Source of the DNA: Ramazzottius varieornatus
Lineage: Eukaryota > Animalia > Tardigrada
Length of the DNA: 64,000 bases
Direction of reading: 5' to 3'
Assembly: GCA_001949185.1 (NCBI GenBank)
Contig: BDGG01000001.1
Span: 8,992,711-9,056,710 of the forward strand
Numbering within the stretch: the stretch's first letter is position 1; each line of letters starts with the position of its first letter. This document shows, one piece after another, positions 47,423-58,705 of the stretch. Both the position numbers and the translations under genes were made by a program. The notes beneath the pieces are model-generated. The model ran no database searches and was not told the origin of the DNA. It saw nothing but the letters and a program-made list of their open reading frames with translations.

Positions 47423-50400
47423 AACAGTACTCTTACAGGATAGTTCGAAACAGGTTGAGCCCAGGTGCTGCCTGCAAGAAATGAAGCATCATCAGTCCCT
47501 TTCTCGATGCTTGAGCTTCGTCGCCAGTCGACTCCCTTCGGCAACAGCAGTCCCGACGTTGTCGTAGTGCACCTACCTTCCACGAAGAAAACGCTAGTAC
47601 AGCAGTCAATTCGGCAAAGGAACTCTCATCATTCGCCAGATAACTTAGAGGGAACGTTTTCTCCACAACAACAGAATGAAAGACCAGCAACACAAGAAAA
47701 GTCTCGAACATTTGGACGAAAAATTCCCTCGGAAGTCGAAATCAACTTCGTGAACCTGCGGTCCGGCTCGGGCTGCTGGAGCACCGCCGGGTAAAAAATG
47801 CTTTTATAAGAACTGGTCGCCCTTGGTCCACATGGACCGCACTCGGAAATGCGATCTGAGCCGGTGAACGGTCAGACACCAACTTCTTTCTCGAATCTTA
47901 AATCTCACTATAGAGTTTGCAAGGACAGGTCAGGTCTCGTAAAAAGCCGGTCTCATCTTACGGTCTCATGTTTCGCCGAACTGTTGGCCAGCTTGAACGC
48001 TATGAACCGCCGCTATTGGCCGACCCGGAATCCGAGACCCAAGTCCTGAGATCAGGCCTGATTGAACTCAAAAAATTTCAAATTTTGATGAGACCGGTTT
48101 CCGTGACCATTCCGTAGTTCATGACCCCTAACTTTCGTACAAATTTACGGAAATACCAGACCACACATATGACACCCGGGAAATAGAACGCCACAAGGGC
48201 GGTGGTTGGCTTCTTGGAATACCGCGAGGTAAATCAATTAAATTTTCACGCCGCCATTCTTACTTTTGTGGAATGCTTCCCCAGCATCAAACGCATCGGA
48301 GTTTTCTGTTTAGCAATACCTCTCACAGATGAAGGGAGAATGGACAATTTTGCTCTTCAGCTCCTCTGATGCTGCATTGGCAGAAGATTAGCAAACGGAA
48401 GTCTTGCAGGATAACGCGGTAACTCGGAGCAATTCCCTTACTCAGCCAGCTCTCACAGAGATATCCAGCCTACCTTCCACCTCAACGACACCAAAGATAG
48501 CCACAAGGGGCATGCGCACCTTAGACTCAGCGAGGCTTTGATTTCCAGCCGTTCATTTCCGCATTCCGTCACAAGATGAAGGGGAGTCCACTTTCCCACA
48601 AATGACAGCAGATTCATCCGAGTCTGGCTATCCGGCTCGGTCGCCATCCAGTGCCGGTTTTAAGAAGGCTAGACGTGCCCGCAAGGAAATGGGAAAGGAT
48701 TCCCCGCCGAAACGATTCAAAGCAGACAACTCATGTGACGAGCTTCTCGCCATCAACGCAGTGAATCTCTTCCAGTTTCCTTTAGAACCGGCGTACAAGA
48801 AAGCCAGGAAGAATGCTTTTTCAGCTTTTCACGAAGAGCGGCAACCAGCCGTTTATGGACACCATCAAGGAGCAGCAAGAGAAGAATGGAGACGGAATCC
48901 ACAACATGCAGTGCCCCGTGACAACTAATATTCGGTAATTTGGAAAGAGGCATCCCGAAATTCCGCCATCGGGTATCTTGAAATTAGCCTTATGAGTCAA
49001 CTGAGCGGCCAAAGCTGAAAACCCGTAGCTGGTCGTATGGGAGGGGTCAGAAATTCTCCTCAAATGCATATCCAGGCTTGGGTGCGCCAGCTACTGTGAT
49101 TGGCCAGGATGGTTGACTTTGCGGGCTCATTTCCGGCTCTACCACCAGACGACCCGCAAGAAATAGTGGAACTATCTGAGAAGGATTGCCTGGTAAAGGC
49201 TTTGGAAGAAAAGAAAGATGCGCAGCCCGCAGCGCCAGCGAAGTTGAAAGTTATGATGAAACCCAACGGTGCTTTGTACCGAGACGCTACCCTTGAAATG
49301 GTGAATGGGCAGAGAACAAGAGACGCAGTTTTCTCCATCGGCGGAAATGAGGATTCGAAGACGTTCTCCTTGGCTAGCCAGGCTGATACCAGTGGGTTTC
49401 TGTGAAGCAGAATTTCGGACCGGATTTCTGCTCAGGTACCTTTCTTCTACAGGCTCATTCCAGAAAAACGGAAAAGGTCTCACGATGCCACCGGTGTGGA
49501 AGTCACGAGTGAGCGGGCTCAAGTTAAAGTTGATTACGTTTGGATGAGATTGCGTATTAGTATGGGTTTAGGTTCACGGTAGAAGCGGCTTGCCAGAGTT
49601 ACATGAGGCCAGAACACTCCTGCCGAGGCGTCCACGCATACGATGCGCAATGCCGAGCGTAAAGAGAACTGATGCCACAGACGACATCGATGCCGAGTCG
49701 TCAAAGTCCATTTCGGTGGTGGTAACCATGATGCGATAGGCTTCGGCGAAGGGCACGAGGTGGACTGAACAGCAAAGGTGCTGTGGAGGAGGCGATACGG
49801 CTCTTCCGAAGCTTGTACGTATGTATTTGGTGCACCAGAAAGCTCTAACACTTCACAGGAATAAACTGCAGCTTCAGTCATCCAGATAAAGTAGTAAACT
49901 GGGTGAAGCTTTATGAAAGTTCCAGCAGAGTTTCAAGTTTCGCTTCCGGTTGGTACACCAAACATTGCGATGTGAGAGTGTCCGAAAGATGAGACAGCGA
50001 AATGAGACTTCTCGCACGCAGAAGTAATGACGTCATTATGAACTCTCGTAAAGCTTGATTGGGGCGGAGTTGACTTGTCCAAATCTGATACGTGTGAAAC
50101 TGAGAGTCGCAAATATGAGGGCAGTTTAAGAGACCAGATCCTGTCCTTGCAAACTCTACAATCTCTACACTCAACAGCTGACTTCGAACTTCCGAACGAG
50201 TTCAAACTTCCTTTTTCACGCACACTGAGTTGTCTTCACTCTTCAGTCTTCATCTTTACCGATTTGTCCACCGGTCCCTGCCTTATATCAACACGTCGTA
50301 TGCTTCTTGGAGGAAGTTGATGCACTAGAGCTTTTGGAAAGGAAAGAGGTAAGTCGGCCAGGTTGCTCTTCGTCAATAGATTATAGATCCGGCAACAGCA

Positions 50401-50748
50401 ACGTCCATTCGGGGAGCGACGCATTCGTTCCTTCCTATTCCAGATGTCGTATAATCCCCGAATCAGTTCGACGCTTGGCCTTCCGGAACCTGGAAGCGTG
50501 GAACTATGATGTGCTTCTTGCCGTACTGTATTTTCTCCAAGTGGTAAGTCGACGTAACTGATTGATTCTATCCGATCTATCTAGACTATCCTGCGTTATG
50601 GCTGATGCGACGCATTGAGGAAACGATTTTACATGTGTTTACCTGATGAAAAACGTCGTCATGCGCAGGTTAATCGGGTATGGTATGTGACAAGTTTTCG
50701 GTCTCAGGCAATTTGGACTTTCGAAGTCGGCTTGACAAATACTTCCTC

Positions 50749-53249
50749 ATGGATCTTCTCCCACCTACCGTCCTGAACTTCGCCTCGGATTCCAGCGATG
50801 ACGACGATGACGTTGTGGTAGTGGAGAGCGAGCGGAAGCGTCCGCGCCTGTCGGAAGCCGTCACTAGCGAAGTCTCGACCAGCGTCGCTCCCGTCAGCGT
50901 CTTGCCTCCCTCGACGCAAGGTGGAGGAGCCGATGTCGACGAGTGCATCATCTGCTATGACAGTATCACCGCCGAAGGTGAACACCGAGCTGCCTGTCTG
51001 AAATGTGGCCACATCTTTGGCGAGAAGTGCATTTCCAAGTGGCTGTTGGCTGCTGCAGCCAGCAGTGAACGTGATAAGCGCGTCTGTCCCCAGTGCAAAG
51101 CTCCGGCCAAGGTAACCGACATCCGAACACTGTATATTCGACGAACGTTCCGTGTGGCAGACAATTCCGAAGTTGAAGAGCTGAAGAAAGACCGCGACAA
51201 AGCACGCAGAGAGTTGTAAGTTGGGTACCGAGCACCTGCATACATTACTGTGGGTGGTACTTCAGGTCGTAAGTATGCAGGTTGGTTTCTCTTCCCTAAG
51301 CATTCTCTTGTGTTTTAGGCGTCGACTGGAAGAGGAAGATCGGATAAAGAACACCCGGTATGACATGACGGTACAGGAAAACAAGCGCCTAGTCAGCGAG
51401 AACCAGGCTTTGAGTAGGCTGCTTGATGAGTACAAAGCGCAAGCACGGGATGGAGGGGACGGATCATCCATGGCCGGTATGGGCGAGTCTTCCACCCATG
51501 CTCCTCCCGGTCAGGCTTCCAACAACCCGACCGTTCCCTCAATAAGACTGGCCCTACAACACGTTAAAGACTTCCAGTCCGCCACGGCGCGAGTCATGGC
51601 CCATTATCCGGCCATGAACATCCTCGTAGTCTCCCAAAAGCTCGAAGGTTCGATGGCGTGTCTCACTGCGCAACTACTTTTCTAACGTTATCTATCAATA
51701 CTGGTTCTTTGTTGCTTGTTGCAGGCAATACATTCGGACCGTTCTCCAATACGTCAGCCTTGCAGCTGGTCAGCTGTCACGATCTCAAGTCCTCCGACAT
51801 GTTCCACATCAACTGTCCCAAGTTGATTCGTGACATCTGCATCAACAACTCCGGAGGTTAGTGTTCAAGTGGTTGCATAATCAGCCCGATTCAAGTATTA
51901 GGTTCGGATCTTTGTAGGTACGGCTTTAGTGGGAGCCATGGATGGCTCCATCTGCTTGGTTGGTCTGCAGAACCGCGTGGTGGTGCAGCGTTACAAGGAA
52001 GAGTGTCCAGTGTGGAGTTGCGCTTTCAACCGCCACAACGCCTGCATCTTCTACTGCGGCTTGGCCAACGGTGCCGTCAGTGTCTTTGACACTCGTAACC
52101 TTTCTCAGGTTTGAGAATTTATTTATCCTCATACGGTAATTAGTGGAGATGCACTGTAGGATAATATGCTTCCTTCTTTGGTTCCAGCGCGTCTCACAGC
52201 TGAACGCTCGCGGTACACGCGCTCCCGTCTTTCACATGACGCATCTCTCCCGCCAGCCTTTGCACAAGTTCCCGCTGAACGGCCTGTGTGTGACCTCCTC
52301 GCTATCCAGCGGGTTCTACACGGGCAGCGACGCGTCGCTGAGTCAGAGTGATTACTACGACTTCAAGCAGGAAGGGCTGGCATATGCGGCAGCAACAGAC
52401 ATCCACGCACGAGTCATGGCTAGATCGTTCAGACCCGATACGACTTCCTCCATGTCAGCTTTACCTCCCGCACTTAATAACAGTATGTCGAAATCCGCCT
52501 AATTTCTGAACCTTGCGTTTCGTCTTTTCCCTTCGAACAAGTGGCGCACTGCTATTGTGAATCAACTTTTGGTATGCGCGGATTGACTTGGGTACGTGCG
52601 CCGCTTGATCGAGGCGCTAAGGTGCGCTTGTTGACCGGGGTAACACAGTGCATCACACGATCTAAGTTATCTGCGCCACTTGGTCGGGGTGGCGAAGTAC
52701 GCCTGTTGACCGGGGTGATGGAGTGCGTCACTTGATCTGGTGATGTTGCATTCCAATCAGCTGGCGCACTAGATTGTGGTGCAGGGCACTGGTCTTGCGC
52801 CAAGCCATCGGGGTGACTTTTTTGTTGCTGCTTTTTGCCGGTACTTAGAGATTGTTCACAGCGCTTTTTTCTTAGAGCCGACTGTTCGGCACTTTATCGG
52901 TCAACTAGACTACATCTCCTCGCCTCAAGACGGTCAGAACATCTCGACAAGCAGCGGCAGAGCGGTGGTCCTCAACGACTACTCGCAGATTCGCGAAGGA
53001 GCTGGTAGCCTACAGATGTCGCGAACTGCCTTGTTCATCCCTAATGGCGGAGACGAGCAGCTGTACTTCGCGGCGGCGGACAACTCGAAGAATGTGGTGC
53101 AGCTGTGGCATCACATGACCAATAATCGTCCGCAACATACAGTCAAAGTCAGCCATCCGGTCTACGATTTAACGGCTTTAGACTTTAATGGGCGAACGCA
53201 TTTAGCGGTGCTGATGGAGAAGAAGCTTCAAGTTTATTCTTGTGATTGA
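50749..53249 (+). CDS. RFWD3: RING finger and WD40 E3 ubiquitin ligase, multi-exon; true start may lie upstream
   Basis: RING CIICYDS....GEHRAACLKCGHIFGEKCISKWL...CPQCK..AKVTDIR.LY, then a coiled coil and WD40 repeats (IRDI; VWSCAF...IFYCGLANGAVSVFDTR). SIM-like DDDDVVVV near the N-terminus. Confidence 0.88.
52597..52740. repeat. Two diverged 75-bp tandem units inside an RFWD3 intron
   Basis: TGCGCCRCTTGRTCGRGG...TGTTGACCGGGGT...AGTGCRTCAC..GATCT starts at 52597 and 52672. Confidence 0.8.
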
Positions 53250-53564
53250 TTTTGACCAGACGATGCTTTTTTGCCAAAGATGTGGTCTGTAGAAGTTAAT
53301 GGGAGGCCAAACGGTTTCTTGCTCATTGAAATATCATCCCTAAGTTGTGATCTCTTGCTCTTGTTGTTAACTCTTCCGTTACAGCGAACCGTTTCTCCGT
53401 TTTATCTCTTTACTTACGCTGGATTATGTAAAGATTTGATAACCTTTTTCTTTAACCAGTAAACAACCACCGATACCTATACGGCTATAGCGTCCACCGT
53501 GTCCAGTGTCGAACGACTCAACTCCAGCTGATACGCTATCATGGCTGTCAGGCTGTCACGACGT

Positions 53565-53588
53565 TATGTCATGTCATGTCATGTCATG
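53565..53588. repeat. (ATGTC)n microsatellite
   Basis: ATGTCATGTCATGTCATGTCATG. Confidence 0.8.
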
Positions 53589-53759
53589 AAGAAGAGCAGT
53601 GCGAATCATGACATACTAGTGCCTTCGTTGATTTTAATTTTTGAACTTTGAAGTCGTTTCCGGTTTGAGAACTTCGGATGCGCTGGAGTGTGGATGGAAG
53701 TATTCATCTGACTCTCGATGGTGTGCTGATTATCAAGTGCAAAGTGGAACGACCCAAGA

Positions 53760-54835
53760 ATGTTACGCGTCTTGAGCGGAGTAGGTACAAGCTGCAAGTC
53801 GGGAGGTTATCCTTCCTCCGCGACATGCCTGCCCCAAGTCATCTTTCCCACTGTACTTTCTCCCACTTCTTCCCTTCTGGCATTATGGCCATCCGCCATC
53901 AATGTCGTCACTCAGCGCTGGAAGTATCGAGCAAGGAAGCTACCGGGTGCACCTAGATCCCGCAAGAAGCGCTACTACACTCGTGTCCCGACACCGCGCG
54001 TTCCCGAAGAAATGGCCGAACTCTTCTGGCGATACAGCCATTATCGGACGGAGATGCGCGCTCTGCGGTAAGCCGAAATCACCCTTGCAGGAACGAACGT
54101 GAGTGGTTTGTTGATGCGGTCTTTGTCGTAGGGAACATTTTGCCCAGTGGAAGTTGGAGAACCATCCGGCCGAAGCTGCACCAGCTTCTGTCGCCAGTAG
54201 TATACAGAACAGCCCAACTTTCACCATTGACGCAGAATTTGCAGAAGCTATCCGCTTCAACAATGAACTCAACGAGCGGAATGCAGCTAAGAGGTACCTG
54301 TTTGGCAGTGTTTGCTAAAGTGGGCCGTAGAATCGGCAGGCAAATTATTCTGTGAGTAAACGTTGGTTTGACGATGCGCTTCTTTGTGCTGCAGGAATGC
54401 GAGAAGAGAGCAGGAAATGGAGTTCCGTATGGTGGAAAGAAGGGACATTTTGATCCAGAAGCAAAATGAGGAGTTTGAAGAACAAGAAAAATACGAGGAG
54501 CTGATAGAGCGGAAGAAGGTAGCTGGCTTTAATACGAACATATCAAACGTGCGTCGACTGGGTGCTCAGTTCGCTCGTTTGTTTTGCAGCAAGTGGTGGC
54601 TAACTTGATTACTCCAGAGAACTTCAACGAACGTCTGGAGAACGCCATGGACAATCCTGTCGACTTCAACTTCTGCATTGGTCTCAATGGCAGGATGACC
54701 CGCGGAAGACCTGATCCTCTCAACAAGATCAACATGCACTTCGTTCCCAAAGATGAATTGTCGCAAACGCCACAAGAAAACCCAGCGGAAGATCGAGATA
54801 ACCTTGACAGACCAAATATGTCAGCTAAAATATAG
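53760..54835 (+). CDS. MRPS26: Mitochondrial ribosomal protein S26 (mS26), multi-exon
   Basis: Presequence-like N-terminus; PEEMAELFWRYSHYRTEMRALR; C-terminal ITPENFNERLENAMDNPVDFNFCIGLNG. Confidence 0.85.
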
Positions 54836-54870
54836 AGCATGAAAAGAATAAGACAAAACTAGATGAAGTT

Positions 54871-55527
54871 TCAGCTTTTAACGTTTGTGGAACTTGTCGA
54901 GGGTGTCGTTTCCTCCGTTGTATCTTTCGCTGCTGGAGGATCGGATATTTGTGATTCAATGCCGGCCTTGCGTAGTGTTTCTCCCAGCTCACCACTACGG
55001 TGCATCTGAATCATGATATCACAGCCGCCTATAAATTCTCCATCGAGGAACACTTGGGGAATAGTCGGCCATTTCGAGTAGGTCTTGATACCTGCAAAGT
55101 GATGTCGTCAGTCGCGCAGTGAAGCTCACATCCGTAAATTAGTCCCGCCTCGTATCTGCCTTTACTGCAGGTACAGTCCGGGCAAGATGTACGGTCCAAG
55201 AAGAGCGCGCGTTGGTAGCTTACCTTGTCTGATGCCTTCGTTCTGCAGGACGTTGACGGTATCAAAATCGTCTACGCCGTGCATTCGGAATATCTGAACC
55301 ACCGCGTTGGAAAAGCCGCATTGCGGTTGCTCCTTGGTTCCTTTCATAAATACCACGACTTTGCTCTTTTTGACCCGCTTGTCGATATCCTGGTGGATGT
55401 CGCTCTCGGATAAGTTTTGCGTCGTTCCGACTCCGCTGTCAGAACTGACCGCCATCAGCGCTGGACGTCCACTGTGAAGACTTCGTTGACCCTGTCGCAC
55501 CAGACATCGCTGCAATAGTCCCAACAT
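54871..55527 (-). CDS. GLRX5: Mitochondrial monothiol glutaredoxin 5, 2 exons
   Basis: Presequence, then [46 protein letters not shown]. Confidence 0.96.
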
Positions 55528-55924
55528 TCTTGCTCCTCGGGACAGCAGATCCAGGTAACCGAGTTAAGAGATCGTCGAGAGTCGAGACGGAAAGGAAAGG
55601 CGCTGAAAATTTTCCCAAATTCCCAGTTGGTGAATCGATGACCTCATTGCAATAGATTAAATTCGACACCCGGAGTGGAAAAGTCTTGCCCACGGTCTAG
55701 AAGGGTGACCCGTACTTCGGCCCAATAGGCTAAAGGTGAAAGTTGTCACTTGTCAGCATCACATTTTCGACCTTCTGAAATCTGTGTTTTTTTTCCCCAG
55801 TTGGGCAGTTCCCAAGCAGATCTTGTTTGTCATCGTTTCCTGGAGTGTGGACAACTGAGGAACATACGGATCTTGTGTTTTGGGGGAGTGGAGACTGTAA
55901 GGAAGAGGGCTTGTGAGCAGAAGA

Positions 55925-58365
55925 ATGTCGACGACGGCGGCCAGCGGTGGCAAGGTATACTCCTTGTTCATCGGTCGAATTCCCAAGAATGTTCGTGTGC
56001 GGGAGCTGGAAGATGTTTTCTCACGGTACGGACCTTTGGCACGGTGCGACGTCAAGTACAGCGGTAAGGGAGATGACTGTGATTCTTGCTTGACATGTGT
56101 TGACCTTGCGCAATGGCCGACCGATGGCGTGGCATTGTCGGGGTGATTGATTGCCTTTGATTGGGAATTACTGATGGTTTGTTTTCGTGTTGCAGGAACG
56201 GGATCTGGTATGTAAATCTGCTCGACCAAAGTGCATTGAAGTTGGCTGATGGTTGACCAGTGTTTTTGGTTGCAGCGTTCGCCTTTGTGGACTATGAAGA
56301 CCGAAGAGATGCCGAGGTAAGACGACACTCGACGTTTGCTCTTTGCCGTCCTTCAATGCCTTCAACGGGGCTAGTTCAGTAGTTATTTGATTGGGACCAT
56401 GTCACCATGAGAATAGTGTAGGGGAAAGGTAATTATGTTGAGTGAGGAAAGAAGTATGGCACTGTCTGGGCCTGGGGAAGGGAAGTATGGCAGTGCACCT
56501 GAAGTATGTGGATTTTGTGGCTGGCAGCACGGCCTTGACAGGTAGCAGCAGCAATGACGACTTGCTGTCCTCCCCATGGCTGTCTGGTCGGGACGCGATG
56601 GAGCGCGGCAGCTTAGGGACGGGTCTTGTTAGTGGTGTAGCAGTAATGGAAAGACTTGCTAGTGGTAGAAGGATGTAAGAGTGGATGTTGGAAATTGGGT
56701 GGTGAGTGTGGTTGATGTATCTTTTTGTAGCTGTCATATCAGCGGATCAGCCATTTTCTTTCCGCTGCGTGTTCCGTACCATGGTGCCGTATCACTTCTT
56801 GACGCTCGCTACGTTTCTTCCATCGAAAAGTAATTGCCCCCTAAAAAGCCTTCCTTCTGAACCGAGCAGCCATTTGCCAGACCTTCCTTTTTCCAAGATA
56901 GCCTAAGCCCAAATTTACGTGTACCAACCAAGCCAATGTCCAAACTACTTGCCAGCCAAACTGACTCTGCTCTGCCTTGCCATGCCATACCCTACCCTGC
57001 CTCCGTTGCCAGTCCCACTGACAAACTCGTGGCAGGCAGGTATGTTCAACCCCCATGAAGCGATGGTTGACCGTTGTTTATGCAGGATGCCATCAAATTT
57101 GAGAATGGACGCGAACTGCACAACTACAACATTGTAGTCGAATGGGCCAAGAAGCCAACCAGACCTGGCGTAAGTCACTTTCTCAAACCTTCCCAACTGT
57201 CAATAGCTGGCATAGTTTCTCTGTAGTATGATCGTGACCGCGATGGCGGCGATGGTGGAGGTCGAGGTCGTGGAGGAAATGACTACCGTGGTGGCGGCAA
57301 CAGTTACGGCAGCCGCAGTGGCGGTGGTGGCGGAGGACGTGGTGGTTACGATGACCGACGAGGTGGCGGTGCAGACAGTTATGGCCGTGATCGACGCCGC
57401 AGAGACTCGTCCAGGGACCGCGATGACGACCGAGACCGACGAAGGTAACCATTCCAACCTCGACAAACGGAATTTGACAAGATTGTCTGTCCAATGAGCG
57501 CACCCTCTCAGCCAAACAGAGGAAGAACGTGCGCCACTTGACAAAAGCCAGTCTTGTCCACTTTGATCGTTTTTCCAAAGTGGCGCACTCTTCCAGTATA
57601 TCACTGAGCGCATGCGCCATCTATGGCTAACAATCTGGGAAAGCTTGTTTGGCCAGCTTCCATTTGGAAATGCATGAAGGATGTAAACTGTGCATTTGTC
57701 GTAGGCGCCGAAGTCGCAGCCGTAGTGGCGAAGAGGAGAAAGGGTCGTCGAAGCGACGACGCAGCGTCTCGCCTTCGCGCGAGGGGAAGAACGGAGAGAA
57801 GGGCAGCGCCAGTCCCGAAGTCAGAAAGGACAAGGACAGGTAAGAGCACTTGCCTTTGTAGGGGAAGGAAGACAATGACTGACGTGCATGGCGAAGAGCG
57901 AGAACCCTACCGTGTTGTGCCTATAGCGGTAACAAGGATTCCCCTCGCACTTCTGACTCTCCTTCACGTTCTTCACCCCTAATTCCAACTGACGATACAA
58001 ACAACACTGGGTACATACACAGTCTTCTCTCTTTCTCTCATTTCCTCTTCAGTCAAATCTGTACTGTATTTTCAACTAGAGGAATACTTGAGCGTTTGTG
58101 GCGGTGAGGTAGTTGACGATTTTCGTTTTGTAGGAAAGAGGCCAAGTCGGAGCGAGATGGCAGTGCCGACGTGGAACGATCTCGTGACAACGGCGACTCG
58201 CCCAAGAGAGAAAAGGATAACGAAGGGAGCAAGAATGGCGGCGGTGGAGGGAAGGAGGAGCGGTCGCCGTCGGTGGAGAACGGGCAGGATAACGAGCAGG
58301 AGGAGAAGGAGGTGGAGAGCCGCCACAGCCGCTCGCGCTCTCCCTCGCCCTCCCTATCCACATAG
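55925..58365 (+). CDS. Serine/arginine-rich splicing factor (single RRM, Gly/Arg-rich linker, RS domain), SRSF3/7-like
   Basis: RNP2 LFIGRI; RNP1 AFAFVDYEDRRDAEDAI...GREL....IVVEWAK; RGG-rich exon; RSRSRS tracts. All joined by GT-AG introns. Confidence 0.9.
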
Positions 58366-58705
58366 AGCAAGATCACTTTCACCTTAGACTCTCTCTCGTC
58401 AGCTTGCCATGTCGCAATGGCCATCTTACCTTTCTCTCTCATTGTCCTCTCTTGACATTCAACCCCGCATTAACCGACAAAACCTTCTTCCATACAAGTT
58501 ACGCCATCTTGTTTTTTGTTTTGATGAAATGAAACGTGGTAAAGTTGGTCCCGTCGTGCCTTCCTTGTGAAACCGATGTGGAAGGATGGCCGAACAGCCG
58601 ATTGCGTTTTTAATCTCTGAATTATTCTTTTGTTTTATAGATTGGAATTGTCATAGTAAGAGTGTCCTCGGCGAGTAAATGCAGGAGCAGATTGAAGATT
58701 GGTCA

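Noticed and set aside
47750-50600. Fragmentary ORFs, splice-like sites near 50350-50585 and a hAT-like terminus near 48114-48130
   Set aside because: Could not assemble a gene or pair the terminus; may be a decayed gene/TE or RFWD3 upstream exons.
57183-57620. His-rich and Thr/Ala-rich antisense and alternate-frame ORFs
   Set aside because: Shadows of the low-complexity Gly/Arg-rich SR exon.
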